NCBI GenBank assembly: GCA_036172245.1
Contig: JAYWIR010000056.1
Span: 372,001 to 436,000 of the forward strand
Direction: 5' to 3'
Length of the DNA stretch: 64,000 bases
Origin: Raillietiella orientalis
Lineage: Eukaryota
The position numbers and the translations under genes are program-made. The notes under the pieces are model-generated. The model ran no database searches and was not told the origin of the DNA. It saw nothing but the letters and a program-made list of their open reading frames with translations. Below are positions 39,601-53,682 of this stretch, in pieces (position 1 is the stretch's first letter; the number at the start of each line of letters is the position of its first letter).

Positions 39601-42600
39601 ATGTGCATGCAATGCTATCGATAAACTCTATGATGGTTTTCAAGTCTGGCAGCATACTCGGCAATGGATTGTTCCTATCTTGTTTGCGGCTAAGGCTCCG
39701 TTGGAACCGTGTAAACAAAGTTTCCAGTTCACGATAAGCTTCCCTTATGTAAAATGTGACACACCATGATGTGAACTAAAGGACACCACAAGCGTTCCCA
39801 GCTACTTGGGAATCGAAGGGCGGTTATAAGTTTGTGGCTTACATACTCAGCACGCAGTGGAAACCCTCACCACACTACACACGAGAAAACTGTTTTTTTT
39901 TTCCCTAAACTTTTTGTTTTCATTTCCTGCGATGCCCGTACACACTACTCACGACACGAAAAAAACAACCCTCAAATTGTAAAGGTTAATCTTAAAATCT
40001 TCACTAGGAATTGTGATGTGCAAGAAATCTGCACAGAACTTGTTTGGACACCAAAAAGTTACCGCAAAGTTTCATTTTAATTGGGTTTACATGACCAACA
40101 CAGCCAAATCCGAGTCGACCATGTTGATTTAGCTATTACTTTCTTACAAATAGTTTTGTTTATTGTGATTCAGATGACCTAAATAAGTTACAAGTATACA
40201 GATACAAGTGGAAACACAATTTCTGAATTCAGGATGTAATTTTCCAGATTATTAGGCTGGAAGAACTCGTGGTGTTTCTCCAGAAATGCATGTATACTGT
40301 GTAAATCACAGCTGCAGTGAATTCCTAGCTAAGTAATGAAAGCGAAAGAGAAGATTTGTCTCACACGATTGGACCGCTGCTGGATCCACCTATTAAGCAG
40401 CTCTGCGTACTTCAAGTGATATTCCTAATTTGCACCAATGATTGGAGGAAGGGGGTGGGAGAATGAAATAATGTACGAATGTACATGCGCTAAACATATT
40501 TTAATGCAAGTACTTTTTAATAGCTGACTTAATTCCTCATCCTCCTCTCCCCCCCTCCCCCCAATAAGTGATCCAGACTTCCAGTCAACCTTATAGGTCA
40601 CGTGATCACAGTTTTCACCTTAGCACCTTTCCAATATCGTAATTTGACCCCTCTCTTGAAAATCATGGAAAGGGAAATCATATCGCTGAATCCTTAACAG
40701 TATTGTATTTTCGTGTCATCACGAAAAAAGCTGCGTGTTGGTGGTGGCAAACGTCAAGAAACTCGGCAACGCCGGGATCCATCTACAAACGGAATGGCTG
40801 CTGCATGCGCCCACGTAAACACCGTGACTAGAAATCGGAGAAAGGTCGATTTATGCAAGAAATCTTTGGCGGGCATCGACTGTAACCACTTCGAAAAATT
40901 GCATCCAGTGGACTCGTAATCGTATGGGATGCTAGGGAATTCACTGCCGGTGACACAACAGCAGTCAGAGGAGAGGAAGGAGAAATAGAAGAAGAAAAAA
41001 AAAAAAAAAAAAAAAAAAGGTCACGTACGCCATTACCAAAAACTAGAATTACTTGCATATCAGAAGCACTGATACTCACGTCAACGCCTCTAAAATTACT
41101 GCAACTCTCAGCTGCAGGTTAAAAATACGCTTGTAAAACTAAAACGCTGTGCCTCCTTTGAACTGCCTTACGTATAAGGTGAAAACGAGAAAGATTCCGG
41201 GTCAAAAGTCAACACGTGAGCTCGCAAACAACACAGTGGACCTTTCAAATGCGGAAAGAAAAAGGGAGGGAAAGAGTTCGCTAGCGGGACACGTGCTCTC
41301 ACTACCTGAAATCGTGGGGATGCAGTCAACGCTTTGTCCACGTGTTGCTGCAATTCTCTTCGGCTGCTGCCTCGGTACTTTTAAAGAAAGCTACAGCACT
41401 GCTTTGGAATCTCAAGTCTTCGCAAAACAAGCATCAACTCATTTTTAAATTCACATGAAACATTACGCACAACTTTTGCGGAAGAAAAGGAGACCTCAGT
41501 GAATCTCGACTGACTTCAGCTTGCTTTATGTAAGCTTGAGAGATCACACACCTTTCGTCTGAATACTGTTTATAACGTTGTGTTATATAAGGGGCTCGTC
41601 CCTAGAAGGCCCACGACGACGGTCGGATTCCTCTTAGTCATGTGCACGTTTGAATTCGACGACACGGATGCTACTCGAAAATTATGGACTGCTCGTGGGA
41701 ACACTTCGTAGTCGCTTATTGTGAAAGGCGGTGCATACACACGCCTTGGATTATGATGCATATGGTAAGGAATCTCGCCGTGTTGCATTGTGGTTGCAGC
41801 TTATGTGGGATATTTTAGGCAGACAACTTAAAACTGAAAACTGTGAATGTTTCACTCGCATCCAACGAAGCGCTCTCCTACTGTGCGACGTGAAGCATCC
41901 GGCGGCCTTACTGAATGTATTGACATTTCCATTGTGACTTTCTGAACTTAGAATCAACAGAGATGCAGCAGCATTATGTAGTTAATGTCATGTGAGCATT
42001 TCAACCTTTGTGAGTTTTTTTTTTTTTTTGCCAGGGACGAATAGCAAATGCGCCACTGCAAACAAAGTAGTGGCCGTCGCTTGCAAGCTTCGAATGACTG
42101 CTTAAGCTTAGAAATGACATCGTAAACTGCAAATCGCAACCACAGAGTTAAGTGTGACTGCTGGGCCTTGGCAAAACATTTTTCACTGGACGTGACCACT
42201 CGGCAACCATTCCAACGTAGCAAATGTTGCAGCACTTGTAAAAAAAAAAAAAAAAAAACTGCAATGCTTCACTGTATGAAACTTCGAAAAACTGTGATGA
42301 GCTCTCTCTGCAACTATGGTGGGAAAATTTTTTTTTGAGTGCATTCAAACAGCATAGGCAGTTACATCCTAATTGTCGAAAGTTGGACGGAGTTGTTCGC
42401 AACTTAAGCTGATTAGTAATTTTATAAAATCTAAGTAAAATTTCAGTGTCGAGCACGCAGTATTTATAATTTGAATTCTTTGTTACAGTTCAGTCTTTAC
42501 TGAAACCTATGCTACTTTTACAGTTTAAAGTAACTGCGTTTCATTCAATTTTATTCTGGCATGATCCATACAATTACACTGCATAAAAAATTTCTTGCAT

Positions 42601-45330
42601 ATTCTCATGAAAATGTACAGAATCAAGTGTTTTTTCTTCGTAACGTAATTTCGTCTCTACAGTTTCAAAATTTTGGAAATATAATCTAATAATTTTTATT
42701 TGTGGTAATCCTTAAGGGGGTTGTCTGTCAAACTGAAATACTTTGTTTCCAATATCAATCGATCTCAAAGGGCTACCAGCAACAGTACTTTCAAGCATAT
42801 ACATGTGTAGATATATAGATATATATATACATATATGTAGATAAACAAAACACTGTTACTGTAATTATGAACAGCAGTTCATTGCTAATCAAACACCAAT
42901 TTATCCAATTTAATTAGTTTATAATCCCCTAAGATGTGGAAAGGAATGTTTTAATATTTGCCCATGAATTATCACAAACACAAAGTACTTAGATGTACTA
43001 AAAGAAAACTTTTAAAAACTGTCGAGTCATATAAGACTCACATTAGAAGCACTGCATTTTTTTTTAAAGAAAAACAAAAAAAATTCTCCAAAGCAATGAA
43101 ATGTAACTGAGATAAGTTATAAACTGAACTAATGTTAAATTTTATAGTTCTGTAATTAGATGTTAATATGCATCAATGAGAATTTTTTTTTTTTTTAAAA
43201 AAAAAAAAACGATTATTCGGAAGTGTTTTAAACAAACTTGTAAATTTCATTTTCTACTTCTGTTAAAATGTTGATCACAAAACTGGCTTTGACATCAAGC
43301 AACTTTAAATAAACTTCTGCAATCATTCAGCCTCCTGCTTACATTTCATTACCATGTACAAAAAATTACAGTATCACTTATTTTACTGAAATACTCATCC
43401 CACTGTAAAATTCCCTTGCCTGATCTCTTAACCACAACTTTTTTCGAAGCCCACATACAAAAATCCATCATGAGGTTTACTTACCAACTGCTTAAATTGC
43501 AATATATGAAATGAATTACCATAATAATAAACTTCTCACAGAATGCTTGCCTTTAACACTTATATCACAATTACATAGCAAATCATTTTGCAACCATTAG
43601 GACTTCAGGAAGTTATTTACTTTCTTCAGATGTCGCTAATTAAAATTATCACACAATGTAGCATGTGCAGAGACGTGCAATTATAGGTAAAATCTATGTA
43701 AGCTGTTCTGATGGATATGCTTTGGGAGAAATAACTTATATGGCAGATGCATGGTAATCACTAAACCACAGTTCCTGTTAGCAGTATCCATTCAGCTTCC
43801 GAAAGTGGTGCGCCATATGCCATTCCTTGATTTTCCATTGCTGGTTCAGACTTTTATTGGATTTAAAGTTAAACTGCATAAGAGCTATTCTCACAAGTAT
43901 CAGAAGTGATAAAAAAACTGTATAGGATTTATTGCATAATTCATAATTATTGTGGTGGGTATTCTAAATGAAAAGGTTTGTTTAGTTTTGCTTATTTTCT
44001 TTTGGTAATCACTGCATGTACCTTTTCATATTATAGACTGAAATCATCTTAATGTAAACTGTACAATTACTGGGTGAAAAGTTTTCAGTTCCTTAATACG
44101 TAACAGCTAAACAACGATTTATGGATTAAAAATGAACTTTGTCCACCAATTCTACAACTCATGCTACTAATTGGCAAAGATTTACACACCTTATTACACA
44201 CACATTATAATTCCATTATGTAATGTGTATAGTGTATAAGCTGGTGTAAGATTTCAAATGTTCAATTGCTCCTAAACCTAACTTTAAAATATTAATGGCA
44301 AGCATGTATACTGTATTTATGAGTTGTAATACAGTAGTTCCTTAAAATGTTTTCATGTGTAATGAATGTATGCTTACATTAGCTGTGGTTACAAATTTTC
44401 TACAAAATGTTACTATCACAGCATTGCAGTGAGTGTAAATTCGTTTATTACAGTTAGTAAACATTTTCATCTAACAAAAGACTTGTGTGCAGCCTACAAA
44501 TGCACTTTAGTATAGAAACTGTGTTTAAGTATTTGTGAAGAATTTATGCAACAGCAATAACATTTTTTTTTAAAAGTATAAAGCAAAACTATCAAATATG
44601 CACTCACTGTGATGCTTGAAGATAAAGATATACATACAGATATACGCCTCTCATATTTCAAGTCCAGTCTAAATCACTAATCACAGCACGAAAAAAAATA
44701 CGTGAAATAAGAAAAAAACTTACAGGAACTTTCCAAAACTTGAGAATTTAAACGTAGAGCACATAATGCATAAGCCTAATTTGAAGACTCAACGATTGGC
44801 AAGCACCTTCTACCAAACGCATGCTCCACTGATATTCATGCACAACGAAATTATCACTGCTTTAAATGAAAATTCTAATGGGAAACTTAAAAACATATAA
44901 AATGTAGTCCATCGATTCACTCCAGTATCTACATAATCATACAAATGTAGAAAGCCTTAAGATACTCATAGCAGTATGCACCATAATACACAACTCCAAA
45001 TAATAACACTTGGAAGATAAATAGGATCTATACAGAATTGATTTTAAATACTATCATGCAATATCAACTATTAACCCCAGTTAACCAAAATAGCATGAAG
45101 AAAATTGTGAATCCTGAATGGATGCTTCCATGTTTTTTTTGTTTTTTGTTTTTTTTTTTTTTAACAAATTCGCTGTCTTCATCATACCTGAACGCAATAA
45201 ATGCATCTCCTTGTTCTCCGCCAACAATATGAACACCACCTTCGGGTATTGATAATCCCTTAAAATATTGTCTAATATCTAAAGAATTTGCTGCCCACGG
45301 TAAATTCTGAAGCCTTATAATAACTGACAT
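36693..45330 (-). CDS. RBM12: RBM12-like multi-RRM RNA-binding protein (about 889 aa), exons 45330-45188, 39322-38734, 38682-38477, 38424-36693
   Basis: N-terminus MSVIIRLQNLPWAANSLDIRQYFKGLSIPEGGVHIVGGEQGDAFIAFS|TDEDARQAM is typical of RBM12. It is followed by an RS/RD-rich tract and four quasi-RRMs (VELRNLPLKAT, VSLRGLPAHC, VIMRGLPATAT, VALENVPFKASIDELIDFF...PTGDARVAF). Splice phases are consistent. Confidence 0.92.
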
Positions 45331-48300
45331 TTTAAATGGACAACACAATGTTTGAGGTATTATCTGACGCAGCGAATATAATTAAATTATATTATCTGAA
45401 AAAAAATGAATAGTTGTTCATATCAAAAACTCGATTTAAATGCCAAACAAGCCCAATACCAAAAATTTTATCGGTAATTAACATTAATTCTCAGTATCTG
45501 AACACTTCACTCACTGTAAATCACGCACTTTTTGTACTTGGACATCATACATTTATGTAGCACAACTCCATCCATTTCGCATGCAACGCGCAAAACGGAA
45601 ATCAGGACGCTTGTTCTGCTCCAAGACTTATGATTGGTTAACCACGCACAGATGAAGATTCTAATGCGTAAGAAAGCAAGCGCAAAAAATTGTTCTGGGG
45701 AACAAGTTTATCAAACAATAAAAGTTCCTATCACGTTATCGCACCGAAAACAAAACTCCACTACCTATCACACAAGTTTAATAATTAATCGTGACCTATA
45801 ATTTTAAGGTCTGGTTTACACTTCAAAAGGTTTCGGTGTAGATTCCTACACACCAAAGTCATTCAACCGTTCCAAATAATTGCTAATGGCTTTCGTGCAA
45901 CGTAGCACGGCCGTTTTTATATTCCTTAACATGTCGGTTCACGTATTGCTCTGGTAGTAAGTTCTTACAAATCCCTTCATCATTTTTTTCCAATACGCAG
46001 CTGTTCACTTACGTTGCCGTCACTTTAACACAAACATCCGAGGATCCATCACTAAGGTGTACGTTAACTTCACGAATTCACTTCGGAAATGAACTTGACT
46101 TGGAAGCACTGGAAAAAAACTTTATGAATAACGAGATGTTTATCACGCTCCTCCTTAAATCCCTACTTTTTTTATTTATTTATTTTTTTTTAAAAAAGTT
46201 GTCCTATTTATTTTATTAACATTCTGCACGTACTCAATTTGAATTATTCCACGGGCAAATTCGCTGGCCTTAGCATGCAAAAGGAGTTTACAATGTCAAG
46301 AAATCCTCGGCATTTGCTTTTGCATGATTTCGGAAATTCCTAACCCCAAAGACCAAAAACCTGGCACCCTACGCCTCGTAGGTTGCACAATCTTTTCTTA
46401 ACGTGGCATGTTCAAACCAACGCTCCCCGTGAAGAACGACAATGTAATTTACTATGGCTATTTAGTCCATGACGAATGGCCGTGGCTTCATGTATGCTGA
46501 TGTATTCACACGCATTATTTTGCATTTTTTATTTGTACTTTTTGCCGTCCGAGACGAGTATCACACAAAAGAGTATGTTGCAATCGTGCATATCTAAGGA
46601 TACCGTAGATAAGGGAGAAAGATGCTACTTCAAAGGAGAAGAACGGCAAAACATTCTCCCAGAACAGAAGGAATCCCGCCAACATGGCAGAAAAAGATAA
46701 GAGCTGAATGGGTCAGGGAAAGGAAAGGAAGCGGAAGTGGAAAGTTTTCCGTTAGTTTTTGAGATGACCGACAGAGTGCAAGATGGGAAATTCGAAGCCG
46801 GTTCCCATCCAAGAGAAGATGAGAATCGATCATCCGTGCGATCTTTTCTGCCATTTCTGAAACGGTGCTTTGGCATCTCTGTCTCCCTCATCGCCTTGCG
46901 TCCCGGCGACTTTGTGTGAGGGAGCGAGCGAGGGCAGCTGGAAATCAGCAGGACGGGCTTTTTAGGGAAGGTTTGCAGGGACTTACAAAGCCCTGAGCAG
47001 TAGTTTGCTGAATTTGGTCCAGTCTGCACACTGAGCCTCTGCATCTTTCGCGGGGAAAAAACGACTGAAACAAAGAAACGCTCGCTTGAAAAACGACAGA
47101 AAGAACAGATACCGCCTTGCCCATAGGATTCATCCTGTAAGTGGATCCACATCTGAAATGTTATAAAAACGTGTTTACGAACACTTTTTGCAAGAAAGCT
47201 CGGGATTTCGTTTATTTCCATTGCCCAATCGCAGCGAGGCTCTGGCGAATTCAAACGTATTTCTGAATCGCAGTTTTCTAGCGAGGTTACCAAGCTTACC
47301 GAAAATAAATTCGAGTTCTTAAAAGCACAGACCTATTAGAAGCGTCATTTCTCGGGATGAGATTTGCGGCAGCATCGTTTTTTGCTCAGCAAAATGATCA
47401 GGGAAACTGAGACGAGCGATTGCAGTTCTGCGTACGAAATCACTGTCAAATCTGTACACATATTCGGATGTGGACACATGAATTTGAAATGGATGCCAAT
47501 GCAAATAATGCAAAAAACGTACAGCTCAGACTCTTAAGAAGCGTTACCCTGTCAGAGATCCAACAAAAACTCAATGAAGGTACGGAGGAACTTTGCACCG
47601 GATAAATGAACCTTGGAGTATTCACTAAAGTGCCAAATATGCTGTAAAAAAACACGTAATGCTTGTCGTATGATAAATAAGTCTGTTGTTACTTAAGTCG
47701 ATATGTTATTTCAGGTGATAAAACGTGATCCTCAGAACACTCGGAAAATTAATCGAGGTATATTCCACAGGCGCTTTTCAAAAGTAAAGTTCAGGTCAAG
47801 GACTCTGTCTTCAGAAGTCAGACGAAACTTCAGCCTTAGACAAGGCTGTAAAGTTGCTTCCAATGAAGTGAAGAAATGAGGGGAGGGGGGGAACTTGCCA
47901 GAGACCAGTGTTTATCATATCCTATATATATGTAAAAACCAAAGAGGAGCTTGATAAAGAGTTTGTAATCCAAGGCCAATTCGGAAGATGAGCAATGTAG
48001 GCTCAAAGGAGAGGATGAGAAAATTTACACATTTTATGAGAGGGGAATAAAGGTAAGAGTGACTCCAAAGCAAACATGTACTCGGATCTGTGAGAATAAG
48101 ATGCAGAAAAAAAAAAGGAAAAAAAAAAAAAAAAAGCAGCCATATAGAATCAATCCATAAGAATTGTGTTATGAAGGTCTTGCCAATAAGTTGAACCAAA
48201 AAACAGAGCATCTGCTGCAGGATATGTGAGAAGAAACAACATGATCCTATTACTTCAAGACTGCATCCAGCTCACTATGTTTCAATCTGCATACATAAAC

Positions 48301-51300
48301 AGTCTGACCTATGAAAAGAAGATTGAATAACTTGCTTGCTAAGCACAGAGGTGCCTAATGGGTGTCTGATGGAAAAGTGCCAATGGATCTTGGTGTCTTC
48401 GACACTATATTGCATATATTTATGAGAGAGTAGGGGAAAAGAAATTCTTGTCATGGCAAGTAAAAGCTTCCCTTTAAAAGGAGAGAAAATACGACACTCT
48501 ATTTGCGCTGTATTTCAATGTTTCTCTTATGAGTACAGATCGGCTTCCGGCTACTAAATGATTTCGTCAAGGATCAACGAACTCTGCCCGCGTACTATCT
48601 GATCACATACGTCGGTTAGAAATGCATGTGCTCCCTCTTGCAAGCCGACAAGGATATCGAAGGGAATGAAGGATAACCAGAACTTGTGCTTCAGCTGGAA
48701 TCCTCAAGCTTTTCCTATCACTTTGGGGCGCGTCGGAAATCTCAGTCTTCAGCCTTCCCTTCGCTTGACTTGGAAATCACTTGATTTTTGGTGGGATTCA
48801 GTTGGACAACTACCTGAATGACATTCAGTGACATTCCTTCCAAATGCTGAAGAACGCAGCTCTAGAAACGCTGACGTTCGGCTCAAGAAAAGCTCATTGC
48901 TCGCAGAATAAAGGCTATGGAACCAACTGATTTTCATCACCAGCAAATTCTTCCCAATGAGCACCGACTGAAAGCAGTTCAGGAAGGAACAGGAAGGCAG
49001 AGGCCGGGCATGTACCATTCTGCATTGGATACTCCTTTCAAGATGTGTGCGAGGAAATGGCTAAACTTTATGAGCCATGAACTTCATTTCAAGACATGCA
49101 CTGGCTGTGGCGTGCACGAACGTGACACTGATGAAAAAGTGATTCAGTTGATCTTCCTATCGTCACTTGAATGCTGGTGTCGAAAGAGACCAAATGAGGA
49201 GTTCCAAGGTTTCAAAGAGGTTCCAAATATTTTAGATCAACGTCCTTGGCATTTAGAAGGAAAAACAGCCGATAGTGTCAGTCAGATGACGGAAGAAGAA
49301 GTAAATGAAATGAAATGTCCGACTCAAAGAACATCCATTGTGGACGATCCTTATCCACTTACAAATCAACAGATGGGAGTTCCAAGATCAATTATTTTTC
49401 ACATAGCGTTCAATGAGATGATGGCGAAAAATTTTAGCATGGTCTACAAAACGAAAGCAGCGAGTTAAGAAAGGACAGTCCAAAAAAAAAAATTAAATGA
49501 AGAGAACAAAATTCGATCGGCGAACTTTGAAGGAGAAGATTCTGAGAGGGGAAATGGCTAACTTGCAGATTAAAAACGAAAGCTGCGAGCAGCTCTTAGA
49601 AAGAGCAAGCTCGATGGAATAATTTCATTTGCCCCTCAACAGATATGAATTTTCTGCAGAAAGATGGAATTTCGCTAAGTATTTAGAAGACTGATTGCGG
49701 TAATTTTTTTCCTGGTTGCTTCTGACGCTCAGACCTTTTTTAGATGTTCAGATCGGAAGATCTGCTGGTAGGCTCCAATCTTCAGTATTATGGGTTCCAT
49801 CATCGATAAAAAGCGGACTGCCTGCATCATTTTATTTTAGAAAATGTGCTCGTAGAGGGCTTCGCTCTTTATGACGGGATAAATTTCAATACGTTTCTAT
49901 GACAGTGATGTTTCTACATGGCTATGGAACATTGGGAAGGCATCGCAGACACAGAGGCATCGCAGCAATAAGGACTCTCCATAAGCACACATAACCTTCA
50001 GGAGAACGAATTAAGGATTAATCTTCTGCACGGGAAGCCCCATTGATGTCTAAAATATAATTAATATAATGAAGTGACCAATGAAAGGGGCATCCGAAAG
50101 AAGCCAAGAAAGCTCTAAACTGGAAATAAAGTTAGTATAGCGTAGTGCGTTAGTATGAAATCTTAAGTTTCGTCACAAAGCATCCCTCAGCTGGATCTCA
50201 TGAGTACAGACGAAGATGTCCAAGGACACTTTATTGCTTTACCTAAAGGGACGTGGTATTTACGAATGGGTTTAGATTTTTCATCTAATTTCCCAACTAT
50301 TAGAATTCAGAGGCTGTCGTTGTGCTGTACATGCACATGTTGTTTCTCCTTGAGGAAAAACGCGTGCCGGTCATCAGAGAGTCATGTAACCAGAGTGAAC
50401 TGCACCCGCTAGCTTGTGAAGAAAAGATCGGTCATTGGTGTCGGACGCAGCAATCTCGAACTGCCCGAACATTGCCTGTGGGTCGATGTTTGTCGTAGGC
50501 ACATAAACGTGTTGGCACATAGTCGTCAACTATCGAACGTTATTTCTGCATGCTTCATGGACCACTTGCTGAAGTTAATTAATCGATCTGAAGCTGAATT
50601 TTTGAATTTGCTGTTTCGGAAGATACCATTGCAGGGAACGATTCTGCGTAATTGGGCAAACACCGGAAAAAAAAGAACAACATGACACGTCACGGAGTCC
50701 GAGTTCTTTCGGAGAGTGCAGCGGAATGGTTTGTTCCTCGTCAGAACAAATCGTAGGCAATTATGGCAGCCATTTTGGAAAGCCAACTGCCAGCAACTGC
50801 AACATGGGAGGACTCCGGTAGATAGAGATCGTGTCACTTTCCCGCCAGATATCTAGGAAAATTCCTTGAACTTTGCTTTCTCGCAAGCCAGCAGCTGTTA
50901 CCACCTTTTTGGGTTGATTGCAGGTTCGGTGGGCAGCTTATTCCTCTGTATTCATATTTTTCGAGCTGACATCACTATGAGGAGAATAAGAATCATTCTG
51001 ACTGAGAGGAAAACTCTTTAGCTCAGTCCGAATTCGGGAATTCTGAATTCCTCCGGATTGCAACAACGAAACCAGGAAGGAAACCCAGTCCACACGATGA
51101 AACCGAATAGACTATTCACGAAGCACTTCGTGTGTCTAACAGATTATGGCCGTACGCTCAAATATGCAACCGCTTTTTCTTGTTTTACAAAGAACATGAG
51201 CCATGTAAAGGCTGTTTTTTATGCATTCTAAGTGGCCATGTGGATTTCTTACACCATGGAGCTACGTTCCGGAGTATCAGCTTCTCCAAATTTTCTGCAG

Positions 51301-53178
51301 GCTCAATACATGGGATACAAAGGAAGATCGAATAGGGATTGCTGGGTTGTTGGGTAGAAACACAAGAAAAGTACCGAGAAGACTGATGCGAAGGGGGATG
51401 ATTCAAAAATCTTGTGCGATCTGGAAATCGCTTTTTATACATCATCTTGGGAAGCCATTTCAGAGTTGAATTTTGCGATGCCTTCTCAAAGAATCGAAGT
51501 ACCAATCCTGCTTTTCGGAGCTGGAACGTTTTTATCTTTTTATTGGTTTGCCAAGTGCTGAAGAACCGTTTGCATAAGACGGAACGCTGCAGTGGCTCGA
51601 CTGATCTCAAATGACAGAAACGTTTGGCTTGGAAACGCCACTAGAACAGTCGACTTGTTGTATCCGGTTGCAGACGAAACAGCTTTCCCTGCCGTCGGTG
51701 AATTGCAATAGCAGGCGAGATCCGAACAGTAACAGTGTTCTGGAGCTCATGCAGGTCGATGTTAAAAGTCCTCAGCCCAGTCTTTGTGGTCGGTGCCATT
51801 CGGACCTTTCCGAATGAGCGAGTCACCCTGCCGGCCCGGCTCCTCTGACAGGCTCTGGTAAAGTCTTCAGTTGCGGAGCACCTCACCGGTCCATCAGAGT
51901 CGGGGCCTCCCAACGGAAAGTCATGTTCTGGTGGACATTTAAGATGATTTAGGAGGGTCTCCAGAGTTGCTGCAGCCGCGGACGCCGATTTTCGGAATGC
52001 ATAGCTCTGGAATACCTCCTGTGTTTTCGTGTGTCACTTAGGAAGAGAGAGAGAGAAAAAAGGTACTCTCGGAAGCTGTCCCATGGTAAAATGTGTAACG
52101 CCATGATCCTTCTATTCAGTTGCAGCTGCAACAGCTTCCGTTGTGCTGAAGGAATAAAGATTATGCCCCGCATGTTCGCTGTCCTCTCGTTTGTTGGACC
52201 AACTTTGCTACACTGACCTTCCCACGGAAGAGTGGCATCCTGAGTTAGAACTATAGGATCGACTTAACGGACGTTTAGATCCTGGAAGATAACACCGGTT
52301 GCAAAAAGTGATTTTCTTGCTAGAGGAGGGACGAGAAACTGTCATCTCGCCTTGCGAGGTGAAGTTCACATTACAGCCGCTGAGTGACTCTTCGGGTAGG
52401 ACCTAACAATCGCATTCACCGCATTTGTCTACTGTTTTTCGGACCTAAGATTCCTTCATAGAAGCAATGAGAACGAAAAAAAAAAAAAAAAAAATGGGCA
52501 GACGTTCCAAGCATGACAAACTAGGAAACCTGCAGCACGTGGGACATGGTGATCTTCGGGGTTATCTGCTACTGTTATGTTGTTGCTTTCACTGCCTCTT
52601 TGTCTTGGCGATACCAGCTGAGCTTAAATCGAACCGAACTGCACTCAGGTAAAGAAGTTCACCATCCCCTTGAAGCGGGAAAGATCGAGAAACACATGCA
52701 CAGACGCCATCGCAAAAACGCCTAATATACGAGGTTAGCTTCCATGCCTCTGAAGCTGGAATTGGAACAATGAACCCGAGATCAAGTCAGGTCCTTATGC
52801 GAAGAATATCGGAATGCCATCACTCGAGAGAGAAGTTCAAAGGTCCCAGACTCGCCATCCGCGATCCACAGATCCAGGAAGAAGTGCTCTGAAGAGCACC
52901 ACCCTCGTCACTTGCAAGTTTCTTCCGAGCGTGCGTGCGCGCGCAACAGGATGGGGACGCGGTGCTGGAACTGGTGGAGGAGGAAGGACGGAGAGGTCTG
53001 CGTGCGAAGATTCCTGCGGCGACCTCAGCCGGTGAAGAACGCTTGCGTGCCCGCCCTCGCGGAGGCAGGATCGGCGAGGCAGAGACGAGGCGAGCGCCTT
53101 CTCAGAGAGTGCGGCTTGCGCGCCCAACAAGCGCAAAGCTCGCGAACGGCAGAAAAGTTCGAAGGGCGAGTTCAATAA

Positions 53179-53275
53179 TGGGTTCAAGGGCAACAAAGGA
53201 GGCAAATGGAATGCTTGGAGTCGGAGTGGGCTCAAGGGCAACAGCAGGGGCAAATGGAATGTTTGGCGTCGAGAG
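53179..53275 (+). repeat. Imperfect tandem duplication, 2 x about 48 bp
   Basis: tgggttcaagggcaacaaaggaggcaaatggaatgcttggagtcggag / tgggctcaagggcaacagcaggggcaaatggaatgtttggcgtcgagag. Confidence 0.85.
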
Positions 53276-53361
53276 TGCCCATCTCCCTACGCGAGTGAGC
53301 GAAAAGGGCCGAGTGTCTGGCGATGTGAAAATTCACCGCTGAGGTCCTACTGGTGCTGCCA

Positions 53362-53682
53362 ATGTCCTCCTCCCTGCTCTACATCTTGGTCAGGAGCTTC
53401 GAGGCCTTTTCCCCCTATTCTGCTTGCGAAATCATAGGAGCGGAAAAGTTCGCTCTGGTTTCTGATCCTGCCCTCAAGGCGAATCTGAACCTGCTGCTCA
53501 AAGAACTGGATGTGCCTCCGCACAGGAAAATCGCAGAGGGCGCGCAGATCAGAGTGTACAAGTCCTCCTGGGAGCTGCTGACTCTGCTCGGGAAGTACGG
53601 CTTCAAGGTCAGGGCTATGACTTTCGTCGAGAAAAATGAATACTTATGGACGCTGTCGCTGAAATACACGAGCACAAGGTGA
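53362..53682 (+). CDS. Intronless 106-aa protein resembling the GTP cyclohydrolase I feedback regulator (GFRP) fold
   Basis: YILVRS...SDPALKANL...SSWELLTLLGKYGFKVRAMTFVEKNEYLWTL parallels the GFRP pattern recalled as YLLIST...SDPELM...PPRIVLDKLERRGFRVLSMTG...LVWCL. Codon usage is GC3-rich and coding-like. Confidence 0.6.
   Translation: MSSSLLYILVRSFEAFSPYSACEIIGAEKFALVSDPALKANLNLLLKELDVPPHRKIAEGAQIRVYKSSWELLTLLGKYGFKVRAMTFVEKNEYLWTLSLKYTSTR

Noticed and set aside
42293..42412. C/D-box snoRNA-like TGATGA...CTGA
   Set aside because: Antisense to the host intron, with no terminal stem or recognisable rRNA guide.
53179..53275. Repeat as a CRISPR-like array or W-x-W neuropeptide precursor
   Set aside because: Only two adjacent units with no spacers. 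No signal peptide or dibasic/amidation pattern.
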